From Piromyces finnis finn (Eukaryota > Fungi > Neocallimastigomycota), in the NCBI GenBank assembly GCA_002104945.1, contig MCFH01000015.1:1-64000 (forward strand): a stretch of 64,000 bases of DNA, written 5' to 3'. Below, piece after piece: positions 1 through 10,573 of the stretch. The stretch's first letter is position 1. Every line of letters begins with the position of its first letter. The position numbers and the translations under genes are program-made. The notes below the pieces were generated by a model. That model had not been told where the DNA came from and made no database searches. It worked only from the letters and a program-made list of their open reading frames with translations.

Positions 1-3000
1 GGTGACAATCTTCCGACATTGACCATGCTCTTATCAATTCGAAGATGAAAGATCTTATTCACTCAGGATCATTTATAAATAATTTTTATCCTGTATCAGA
101 CCATAAGCCACTTCTTATTAATGGTAAAATTATTCCTATGGAAGATTTTTCTAATGACTTTAACGTTCCTAAGAAAATTCTGAAATGGAATAGATTAAAA
201 TGTATTGAGGAAAAGGAATCTATTCTCAGTCATAATAAATTCCAAATACTTTCAGCAAAATTCAACGATCCTAATGTTTCTACAGATGATCTTTCCAAAG
301 AATTTACTTCAACTGCTTTTTCAATTGCAGACGAGCTCAGTATTACCTCAGCAAATAATGTTATAAAGTCTTCATTTCATATTTCACAACAAATTTTTAA
401 TCTCCAAAAAATCAAAATGAAGTTGTATAAGAGATTTAAAAAAGAAAGAATTTATGATATAGATGAATTTATTAAAGAATTAAAATCTACCGTAAGCTCA
501 TTGATTACATCCACAAAAGATGTAATGAATTTAGGAAACAAGAATATCTTCATTGGATTAAAACAGGATGTGAGTATATGAAGAGTCATAATCCTAAGAA
601 GGCCTGGAAATGGATCAAGAAAACTGCAAAAATTGGAAAAGATTCTTTCTTTATTGCTCAACCAATTAAAAATAAAAATGGAGAGTTAGTTGTTGCTACG
701 GAAGAACAACTAGATGTGTGGCATGATCATTTCGAAAATCTTGCATCAGATCCAAGTGGCGTAAGTCTTGATTTGGAGCATTGGTATGAAGAACCAACGA
801 ATAAACGTTTTTCACTCCCTATGCTTGATGAATGGGATATCAACCAAGATATTAGTATTGATGAAGTCAAGTCAGCTATCCTCTCTACTCCGAATTATAA
901 AGCATCAGGTCCGGATGGTATTCCAATTGAATTTTACAAAGCATTAATTCCATCAAGTAATGATTCTAATAATGCTACAGATAATAATTCTTCCGGTAAT
1001 ACCACTTCAGATAATGATTCTTATGGTTTAAATTTTATTCTTAAATTATACAACCGTATTTGGGATGGAGACTTCCCCAACTCATGGAATGAATCCAGTA
1101 TTGTTTCTATTCCTAAGAAGGGAGATTTGACAGATTGTGATAACTATCGAGGTATATCACTTATCAATAATGGTATTAAGTTGATTTCCAAAATTGTCAC
1201 CACTAGAATCTCAGAATATGGTCTAAAGAATAATTTCATTAGACCTGAACAATTTGGTTTTCGAAAAAAGGAAGAAAGTATCAGTCTTTTCATTTCAATC
1301 CAAGAAATATGCCGTAGACGTCAATTAGATAATAAAGAGACATATTTGGCCTTTTTAGATCTCAGGAAAGCATACGATTCAGTCCCAATCGGTAATATTC
1401 TCCATAAATTAGATTGTTTAGGAATCCGAGGTAAGAGTTTACAATTCATCAAAAATTTATATTTAACATCTAAGGCTAATGTCAAATTAGATGGACAATT
1501 CTCGAAATCTTTTGATGTGAAGAAAGGAGTCCGTCAAGGATGCCCTCTTTCTCCTATTCTCTTTAATCTCTTTATTAATGATATATTTAAAGAGTGTGAA
1601 GATCTCGGAGTCAGTTTAGGTGACACTCGATGCTGTGGTGGACTTTTTGCAGATGATATAGTTATTTGTGCTCCAACAAGAGGATGCTTAAAAAAGATGC
1701 TTAGAAGAGTTAATGAATGGGCCTTGTATAATGAAATGGAATTTGGTATCCAGAAATGTTCAACGATGGTGATTCGTCCTGAATCAATAGAAAATCAGAA
1801 CAAGAGAGATCCAACATTTTACTTAGCAGGACAACCCATTCCAACTACTGATTGTTATACTTATCTTGGTGTTCCATTTGATAAGAATCTGTCCCTTAAA
1901 CCAGTTATTAAAGCTCTTAATAACAAGGTTTTGAAAGGACTTTTCTCAGTCAGTAAATTCTTAAGAAATCCTAATATTCCTATTCCCTTCAAAAAGCTAG
2001 TACTTAACTCACAAGTGATTAGCAGAGTTTCATACTTTGCACCATTACTTGGATCCAACAAAGCCAGGTCTAGGATTGCACAGAAGCATGTTAACAAAGG
2101 AATACGATGGGTTGCCGGAGTTCATAAAGCTGTATCGTTTATATCTTTATACTCTATCTCAAAAGATTTGAATATTCCTCCATTGTCAGCCAAATGTGCA
2201 TTAGCTCAGGTTAGATGTTTTAACAAATGGAAAAACTCAAATTGTATTATCTCACACCTTGTCAATTACATTCCTAAATTTAGAAAATACACGTGGTGCA
2301 AATCAAGTAGGACACTTGATAAAAAACTAAAGAAACATGGAGATGTTAAAGCAGTTAAAAACTTTTATTGGAAAGATCTCAAAGGGAATTCAATCAAAGC
2401 GCAATATTATGATGATAATAAGTTTATTGATACTAAAGATTTTATTAAATTATGTTATGAGTACCCAGAGTTTGCCTATGGCTTCTACTGGCTATTGAAA
2501 GCAAGAAGCGGATACAAGTTGGATGCTAGAGTTGCCAAAGCTGCCAAATTTGTTGATCCAGTTTGTCCTAACTACTGTCCATGTTGCAAGTGTGGAGATC
2601 AAAGTATTAAACATTGGTTATTAGATTGTCCAACATTTAGAGATATCCGTATTAAACATTATGATTCCATAGTCCAGCTATTAAATTTTTTCAGTCAACG
2701 TAATTCCAATAGTCCTATCAATAATAATGAAATTGATAATATCAGTAGAGATAGTAATAATATTAATAGTAATAGTAACAATAGTAATAATAACAATAGT
2801 AATAGTAACAATAGTAATAATAACAATAGTAGTAATAGAAATAATAATATTAGTAATGATAGCAATAGTGAAGATAATAATTCTAATTTAGATAGTAATT
2901 TAGTTAATGATAGTAATAGTTCTAATAATCCGGTGAATATTAATGTGTATGATTATTCTAGTGTGTGCAGTAAAATATTTAAATTCCTTCTTGGGGGAAG

Positions 3001-3498
3001 AAGTTTTAACAATATTAATTACAATTCAAGGGAATGGAAAGAACTTTGTAAGCGTCAGATTCAATCTGGTACTAACGAAGGAACACCATTCTTGACGGTA
3101 ACCGCGGAACTTCTAACCAAAATCATGCCTTTTGCTATTGGCCAGCAATGGTCAATGTTCAAAAGGTTTGAAGCAACATCCAAGAGCGTCAATGCTGAAG
3201 AAACAGTAAGACAGGCCAGGAGGGCCAGCGCAACCAATGGAGATCATAATTTTGTCCCATGATAAAATTTTGATCTTTGGCTCGGTGTCCCATTGGAAGT
3301 CAAATACAATTATTATACTTTAGTATGATAGTGGCTTTCTTACTTTAATTAAAATTACTAGAATACATTATACCCAATTTTTATTCATTTGTGTTTATTT
3401 AAACATATTTTTTTTTATTTTTATTTTATTTTAATTTTTATATTACATGTATTATAATTTTAATTAAATTAATAATAAAGTTTAAAATATTTGATGCC

Positions 3499-3542
<44 letters not shown>
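1..3542 (+). mobile_element. Non-LTR retrotransposon (LINE, APE-endonuclease type), 5' end outside the window; ORF2 split by a frameshift; 3' UTR and poly(A) tail
   Basis: Frame of 45..581 gives the APE C-terminal motifs (DIDHAL, VSDHKPL). ORF 578..3262 has RT motifs (KASGPDG, YRGISL, QFGFR, LDLRKAYDSV, GVRQGCPLSP, LFADD, YLG) and a C-terminal CCHC knuckle (CKCGDQSIKHWLLDC). AATAAA at 3474-3479 is followed by an A-run at 3502-3542. Confidence 0.95.
578..3262 (+). CDS. LINE ORF2 reverse transcriptase plus zinc knuckle. The frame is open upstream to about 476 and was originally continuous with the endonuclease frame
   Basis: RT domain motifs as above; FADD catalytic motif. Confidence 0.92.
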   Translation: MKSHNPKKAWKWIKKTAKIGKDSFFIAQPIKNKNGELVVATEEQLDVWHDHFENLASDPSGVSLDLEHWYEEPTNKRFSLPMLDEWDINQDISIDEVKSAILSTPNYKASGPDGIPIEFYKALIPSSNDSNNATDNNSSGNTTSDNDSYGLNFILKLYNRIWDGDFPNSWNESSIVSIPKKGDLTDCDNYRGISLINNGIKLISKIVTTRISEYGLKNNFIRPEQFGFRKKEESISLFISIQEICRRRQLDNKETYLAFLDLRKAYDSVPIGNILHKLDCLGIRGKSLQFIKNLYLTSKANVKLDGQFSKSFDVKKGVRQGCPLSPILFNLFINDIFKECEDLGVSLGDTRCCGGLFADDIVICAPTRGCLKKMLRRVNEWALYNEMEFGIQKCSTMVIRPESIENQNKRDPTFYLAGQPIPTTDCYTYLGVPFDKNLSLKPVIKALNNKVLKGLFSVSKFLRNPNIPIPFKKLVLNSQVISRVSYFAPLLGSNKARSRIAQKHVNKGIRWVAGVHKAVSFISLYSISKDLNIPPLSAKCALAQVRCFNKWKNSNCIISHLVNYIPKFRKYTWCKSSRTLDKKLKKHGDVKAVKNFYWKDLKGNSIKAQYYDDNKFIDTKDFIKLCYEYPEFAYGFYWLLKARSGYKLDARVAKAAKFVDPVCPNYCPCCKCGDQSIKHWLLDCPTFRDIRIKHYDSIVQLLNFFSQRNSNSPINNNEIDNISRDSNNINSNSNNSNNNNSNSNNSNNNNSSNRNNNISNDSNSEDNNSNLDSNLVNDSNSSNNPVNINVYDYSSVCSKIFKFLLGGRSFNNINYNSREWKELCKRQIQSGTNEGTPFLTVTAELLTKIMPFAIGQQWSMFKRFEATSKSVNAEETVRQARRASATNGDHNFVP

Positions 3543-3543
<1 letters not shown>

Positions 3544-4208
3544 CAATAGTGAAGATAATAATTCTAATTTAGATAGTAATTTAGATAATAATAGTAATAG
3601 TTCTAATAATCCGGTGAATATTAATGTGTATGATTATTCTAGTGTGTGCAGAAAAATATTTAAATTCCTTCTTGGGGGAAGAAGTTTTAACAATATGAAT
3701 TACAATTCAAGGGAATGGAAAGAACTTTGCAAGCGTCAGATTCAATCTGGCTCTAACGAAGGAACATCATTCTTGACGGTAACCGCGGAACTTCTAACCA
3801 AAATCATGCCTTTTGCTATTGGCCAGCAATGGACAATGTTCAAAAGGTTTGAAGCAACATCCAAGAGCGTCAATGCTGAAGAAACAGTAAGACAGGCCAG
3901 GAGGGCCAGCGCAACCAAAGGAGATCATAATTTTGTTCCATGACAAAATTTTGATCTTTGGCTCGGTGTCCCATTGGAAGTCAAATACAATTATTATACT
4001 TTAGTATGATAGTGGCTTTCTTACTTTAATTAAAATTACTAGAATACATTATACCCAATTTTTATTCATTTGTATTTATTTAAACATATTTTTTTATTTT
4101 ATTTTATTTTAATTTTTAATTTTTTTATTACATGTATTATAATTTTAATTAAATTAATAATAAAGTTTAAAATATTTGATGCCGTTAAAAAATTCAAAAA
4201 AAAAAAAA
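3542..4208 (+). mobile_element. Second, 5'-truncated copy of the same LINE family (3' ~640 nt plus A-rich tail)
   Basis: 3542-4186 matches 2861-3501. I counted 13 substitutions plus small indels in T/A runs. It ends in GATGCCGTT followed by A6-TTC-A13. Confidence 0.95.
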
Positions 4209-5471
4209 CTCTATTTTACTGATTCAATAATTATAATTATAATTATAATTATAAATTAAAAAATACTTTTAAAATATATATATATTTAAATGGTATAAAT
4301 AGTAATATAAAATTAGTTTTGATATTTAATTTATTATATAAAATAATAATACAAAGTAATATTATAGTAATAAAGAATATATATATATATTATTTAGGGT
4401 ATTTAGGTTATTTTTTTTAATTAAAAAATAAAAATTATTTATTTTTATCTATTTATAATAGATATCCAAGAGTAATGCGTTATTTATTTTGTTTTTCTTT
4501 TTCTTTTCGTTTTTTCTGGTACCTTATTTTTTAATTTTTATCGATGTAATACGCTCTTTTTCTAAATAGCTTTTCATTTTAGAATTATTTAGATTGAATG
4601 CAAATCTCCATAATGTAAGTTCCTTATTGTTATCATTATATATCTTTGTTTCCATGTTTAGTTTATTGTCGATCAAAACATCTGTTATATCGTAGCGTTT
4701 TAAAATTATTAAGTACTTTAAAAGGTTATCGATAAAATTTTCTTCTTTATAACCTATAAAAAGTTTTAAACATGATAAATTGGAATTTTTAAATTGATTT
4801 TGAAAAGGGAATAATGAAGTTTATAAATATTTAATGCTGCTAAAAAAAAAATGAAGAAATATACATTTTTCTAAACTTTATTATTTAAAAAAAAAAAAGT
4901 TTTTAAAAGGTTTTATAATTTTAATCTTATTTTGTAAAATTTATAAAAACGAGAGAGAAAAAGTTATGCTAGTTTTTAAGAAAAAAAACTTTTCAAAAAA
5001 GGTAATTGTGGCTTGTATTGATGTAATGTATATAATGTATAATGTTGATGATAATTTATAATTTTTGAAATTTTTGATGGTATTGTAAATTTCTATTGAA
5101 TATTTATATGAAAGGGTTGATAAAAATAAATACATATATATGTATGTATGTATGTATATATGTATAGGCAGCATCCCCTATCAATTTATTTTTCTTTTTA
5201 ATATTTCAATGATTATTTTTATTTCTATTGAAATTTTAAAAAAAAATTATGATTTTTATTTCTTATACTTTTTTTAAGATTTTTTTCTTTGATTTTTTAT
5301 TAAAGGATGAATAGGCTTTGGCAGTTTTTTTATTATAGAATGGGTGCTATAGAGAGATCATTTATACTTTTTTTTTTTTCTTCCTTTAGTCCTAGAGAGA
5401 ATTTTTTGAAAATTGGCATTTTTGCTAGATAAAATTTATAGTTTTGTTATAAAAATTGTCAATTAAGTAAT

Positions 5472-5543
5472 GCCTGTTTGGCTTAGTGGTAGAGCGTCGC
5501 TCTTGTAAAGCGAAGGTCGGTGGTTCAATTCCGTCAATAGGCA
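5472..5543 (+). tRNA. tRNA-Thr (anticodon UGU), intronless
   Basis: Acceptor GCCTGTT/AATAGGC, D arm GCTT-AGTGGT-AGAGC, anticodon stem TCGCT/AGCGA with loop CTTGTAA, T loop TTCAATT, discriminator A, then TTTTT (Pol III terminator) at 5544-5548. Confidence 0.95.
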
Positions 5544-6058
5544 TTTTTGTCTAATTAAGAAATGATTTTTTTTTTTTTTTAATTTTTCTAGTCATCAAAG
5601 AAATTCTCCCTTTTAAATTTTCTTACTTCTTTCAACCGTATTATCCAATAAAAATAAATTTAAAAGTTTATCTATAATAAGGTATCGATATAAAATAATC
5701 AAAAAGATTTTTCTTCTACTACATCACCACCGACTATTATAAAAATTTAAAAATTTATTTCATCCACACACTAAAATTTTAAATTCAATTTTTTTTTTTT
5801 TTTTTTTTTTTTTTAATAATTAAAATTTATTAAATTTAAAAAAAAAAAAAAAGGATAAAAATATGGTATGCGTTTGTTTGTTTTTTTTTAAAAAAAAAAA
5901 ATAAAGAAAATGGGAAAGAGTAATAAAATGGTATAGATCAACATCTAAGTTTTACATTCTTGTAAAATAGATGAGGAATAATTAAAATTTTTGTGTTTTT
6001 TTTTTTTTTTTTTTTTTTTTTACATCATTTATAATGTACTTTTTATAAAAGTTTTCAT

Positions 6059-8482
6059 TTACATCTTTTCATGGAAGGTACGAGCAATAACTTCCTTTTG
6101 TTGAGCTGGAGTCAACTTGACAAAGTTAACAGCATAACCAGAAACACGAATAGTAAGATTTGGATAGTTTTCTGGATGAGCCATAGCATCTTCTAAGGTT
6201 TCACGCTTAAGAACATTAACATTAAGATGATGAGCACCCTTAGTGAAGTAACCATCTAATAAACCAGAAAGATTACCTTGACGTTCTTGTAAAGTCTTAC
6301 CAATAGTGTTTGGAACAATAGAGAAGGTGTTGGAAATACCATCCATACAAGAATCGTAGTTAACCTTAGCAACAGAAGAAAGAGAAGCAACAGCACCAGA
6401 GAATTCACGACCGTGCATTGGATTACAACCTGGAGCAAAGGCTTGACCAGCCTTACGACCATCTGGTGTAGAACCAGTCTTCTTACCATAAACGACATTA
6501 GAAGTAATAGTAAGAATAGAAAGAGTGTGCATAGCACCACGGTAAGTTGGAGTCTTTCTAAGCTTAGTGATAAGCTTGTCAGTAACAGTCTTGGCAAAGA
6601 AATCAACACGGTCATCATCATTACCGAATTTTGGGAAATCACCTTCAATCTTAAAGTCAACGGTTAAACCAGTTTCTTGATCACGGATTGGAGTAACCTT
6701 AGCATACTTAATAGCAGAGAAGGAATCGGCAACAACAGAAAGACCAGCAACACCAAAGGCCATAAGACGACGAACGTTGGTATCATGAAGAGCCATTTGA
6801 AGAGATTCATAACAGTATTGATCATGACTGAAATGAATAACGTTCATGGTGTTAACATAAAGCTTGGCAATCCAGTCCATAGCCTTGTCGTAAGTTTCCC
6901 ACATCCAATCGAATGGAATTGGACCATCTGGAACTGGACCAAAGTCTGGACCAACTTGCTTACCAGTTCTTTCATCCTTACCATGATTAAGGATGTAAAG
7001 CATAAGCTTAGCAAGGTTACAACGAGCACCAAAGAATTGCATATCCTTACCAATTCTCATGGCAGAAACACAGCAGGCAATACCATAATCATTACCGAAT
7101 CTGGCAGACATAAGGGCATCAGATTCATATTGAATTGATGAGGTATCAATAGAAACTTGGGTGGCAAAGTCCTTGAAACTCTTTGGAAGAGCCTTGTTCC
7201 AGAGAACAGTGATATTTGGTTCTGGAGCTGGACCTAAGTTGTAAAGAGTGTTAAGAACACGGAAGGAAGTCTTAGTAACTAAAGTACGACCATCACTTCC
7301 CATACCACCAAGGGACATAGTAACCCAGGTTGGATCACCAGCGAATAAATCATTGTATTCTGGAGTACGTAAATGACGAGCAAAACGTAACTTAAGAATA
7401 AGGTTATCGATAATTTCTTGAGCTTCAGCTTCAGTGATAACACCGTTCTTTAAATCATTTTCAAAGAAACAATCGAGGAAGGCATCAACACGACCGAGAG
7501 ACATAGCAGCACCATCTTGTTCCTTAATAGAACCTAAGTAACCAAAATAAACAAATTGAGTAGCTTCTCTAGCATTCTTAGCTGGCTTGGAAATATCAAT
7601 ACCATAGGACTTAGCCATTTGAGTAAGTTGCTTAAGAGCCTTAATTTGGTCAGCAACTTCACCAATAAGTTTCATAGTTGGCTCGTCCATTAAATTCTTT
7701 TGAAGTTCAACTCTATCCTTTTCCTTTTGAGCAATAAGACGGTCAGTACCGTAAAGTGCAACACGACGGTAATCACCAATAATACGACCACGACCATAAC
7801 CATCTGGTAAACCAGTCATGATAGCGTTAGAACGACCAGATCTCATTTCTTTAGAATAAAGATCAAAGACAGCGGTATTGTGTGTCTTACGGTAATCAGA
7901 GAAAATGTGTTCAACTTCCTTGTCCATTGGAACATTAACAGCAGCAAGAGCATTCTTAACCATATTAACACCACCAAATGGCTTAATAGCTCTCTTAAGT
8001 GGAACATCAGTTTGATAACCATAAATAACTTCGTTATCTTTATCAAGATAACCTGGCTTATGAGAAGTAATAGTAGATGGAGTGTGTGGGTCAACATCAT
8101 ATAAACCACCATTAGCACGTTCCTTGGCTAAATATTCTTCAGCTTTAGCGAAAAGTTTCTTAGTCTTTTCAGTTGGACCAGCAAGGAAAGAACTATCACC
8201 TTCGTATGGAGTGTAGTGCTTCTTGATCCAACCTTCAACATCAATTTCACTCTTAGCAGCAGCATCATTGGTAATACTTTGAGCTTGAGTAGCATAAGTC
8301 TTAGTTTGAATAGATGGGAAGGAAGACTTTTTGGAAGTCTTAAGACCAATAGTGGTCATTGGAATAGTGTGCATAGCACGAGTGGATTTACTAATTCTAA
8401 CACCAGCAACCTTAGTAGCAGCAACAGTATTAACTGAAACTGACTTGGCTATAGCATTATTAACTTGTGTTAAACTTTCCAT
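6059..8482 (-). CDS. pflB: Pyruvate formate-lyase (formate C-acetyltransferase), intronless, with an N-terminal extension resembling an organellar (hydrogenosomal) presequence
   Basis: Active-site IACCVS, glycyl-radical motif [42 protein letters not shown]. About 70 Ser/Thr/Ala/Lys-rich residues precede the conserved core. Confidence 0.97.
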   Translation of the reverse strand: MESLTQVNNAIAKSVSVNTVAATKVAGVRISKSTRAMHTIPMTTIGLKTSKKSSFPSIQTKTYATQAQSITNDAAAKSEIDVEGWIKKHYTPYEGDSSFLAGPTEKTKKLFAKAEEYLAKERANGGLYDVDPHTPSTITSHKPGYLDKDNEVIYGYQTDVPLKRAIKPFGGVNMVKNALAAVNVPMDKEVEHIFSDYRKTHNTAVFDLYSKEMRSGRSNAIMTGLPDGYGRGRIIGDYRRVALYGTDRLIAQKEKDRVELQKNLMDEPTMKLIGEVADQIKALKQLTQMAKSYGIDISKPAKNAREATQFVYFGYLGSIKEQDGAAMSLGRVDAFLDCFFENDLKNGVITEAEAQEIIDNLILKLRFARHLRTPEYNDLFAGDPTWVTMSLGGMGSDGRTLVTKTSFRVLNTLYNLGPAPEPNITVLWNKALPKSFKDFATQVSIDTSSIQYESDALMSARFGNDYGIACCVSAMRIGKDMQFFGARCNLAKLMLYILNHGKDERTGKQVGPDFGPVPDGPIPFDWMWETYDKAMDWIAKLYVNTMNVIHFSHDQYCYESLQMALHDTNVRRLMAFGVAGLSVVADSFSAIKYAKVTPIRDQETGLTVDFKIEGDFPKFGNDDDRVDFFAKTVTDKLITKLRKTPTYRGAMHTLSILTITSNVVYGKKTGSTPDGRKAGQAFAPGCNPMHGREFSGAVASLSSVAKVNYDSCMDGISNTFSIVPNTIGKTLQERQGNLSGLLDGYFTKGAHHLNVNVLKRETLEDAMAHPENYPNLTIRVSGYAVNFVKLTPAQQKEVIARTFHEKM

Positions 8483-10573
8483 TCTTGGTATATATAATAT
8501 AAAATATAATTATTTTATTTTTAAATAATGGTATAAATGGAATATTTTTATATAAATATAACTCTTTTTTTAAAAAATTTATATATATTATTATTATCCA
8601 GATAGAATAATAAAAAAATTTTTTTTTTTTTTTGTAATTTTTTGTTTCTTTTATACTTCTCAATAAAAATTAAATTAAATATTTATTCTTTTTTCGTCAT
8701 GGAAAAAATTTCGAAATTTTTTTCAATTTTTATTCCATTTAGTTATTTTAATGAATGAATATGAAATGGATAATTTTGATAATAAATAAATAACACTTTG
8801 ATCTTGACTATTATATTTTACAATGGTACTATAGACATATCATAGTATATTATAATATATAATAATAAATGAATGAATATATTAATAATAAATAAATTTA
8901 GTATTGAATTAAAAAAAAAGTTAGGAAAAATTGGCTAAATAAAAAGTTACACAAACAAAAGATAATATATTATTCATAAAATATTTAAATTAATTAATAT
9001 ATAATATTTATATATTTATAATATAAAGTATATAAGGATTTTCAAACGAAAATTAATGTAATGAATATATTTGTTATAAAATAAATAAATTAATTAATTA
9101 TAATAAATGAATGGTTAAATAAATGGTTAAATTTGAATTTTAATTCACTAAAAAAAAAAAAAGTTAACTATATATAATAAGAAAAAAAATTTTTGTGGTG
9201 GTAATGTTAAATAAAAAAGAAAGCATTAAATAATTGTATGAACAACAACAGTAATAGTATCAATACAATAAATAAAATATTATTTTATATCAAAAAGTAT
9301 CTATCATTTTATTAAGTAATAATGAATAAAAAATGTGGAGATTTATAATCCAAAAATAAAATTGATGTTAATTTTTATTTATCCTAAAAATTAGTAATTG
9401 GTAAAGGGTTAGAATAAAACTTGCTCAAATTTAAAATGTTACAGGTTTAAATGACCTTTTAAATTACAACAAAAAGACATACCTTTTCATTTTATAAAAA
9501 AAAAGAATTGATGCTTGTTTATAATTAATATTGAAATTTTAATTATTAAATGTTTATAATGATAATATACCTTTTTTTTTTTTTTTGAAATATATTAATT
9601 TTATCTGAAAATAACAATTCTATATAATAACAAAGATATATTTACGAAACATGTGATAAATACATATGATCGAATTTTATGAATTCTAAGGATTAGATTT
9701 ATACAAAAATATAATTCAAGACTATATAGATAGAGAAAATCTTTAATAATAAATAGATGAATATGAATAAATTAGACTTTAACATTCTTTGATATATAAT
9801 GTAATTAGTATATAAAAAAAGGTTTAGATTTAATGAAAAAGTTTTATTAATTTTAACAATTATGAAAATACAAAAGTAAATTATATATATAAATAACATT
9901 ACCATTTATATTTAACTTTTTATAATATGAGAAAATAAAAATGTTAAGATATCTATAAATAAAACAATAATAAAATTAAAATGATAATAAAATTATATTA
10001 TAAATTTATAGAATATTATTATAAATATAAATGTAAATATATATAAATTTAATCTTTTACAATATTTATTTAGATAAATAATAAAAGTCTTTTTTGTATA
10101 AATTATAGGCTACATAGTCAATTTTTTCTTTTTTAAATTAAGAATGCTTTTGTAATATGTTATAATAATATATAATATACATAAATATTAATAGTACTCA
10201 ACTTTAAATAATTTATTTTCTTTTCGTAAAAAAAAAAAATAAAAATGTACTTTTATGAATTTATTTTTTAAAAGTATTTTATAGTTTTATTAATAAATTT
10301 ATTCCATGTGTATTATAAATGAAAATTTTAATAAATATTAAACTAAATATATCATATATATATTATAACATTATTATTGTATTTTTTTTTTATTATTATT
10401 ATTATAATTAATAGCATTATTATCATTATTATATAATATTTTAATTTTAATATTCAATAAATGATTTGAAAGATTCTTCTTTTTTATTTTCTTGTTATTA
10501 ATGTTAGTATTAATGAAAAAAAGAAAACTGTAATAGATAGGATTAAAATAAACCTTTCATATATATATATGTT

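Noticed and set aside
3491-3943. 150-aa ORF starting MMPLKKKKK
   Set aside because: Artefact of reading through the LINE poly(A) into the truncated second copy; not an independent gene.
4208-5472. Possible tRNA-gene-targeted LINE insertion (as with Dictyostelium TRE elements)
   Set aside because: The element end is about 1.3 kb from the tRNA; known tRNA-targeted elements insert within about 50-100 bp.
6256-8528. Several short ORFs overlapping PFL on both strands
   Set aside because: Shadow frames caused by the strong codon bias of PFL; no recognisable motifs.
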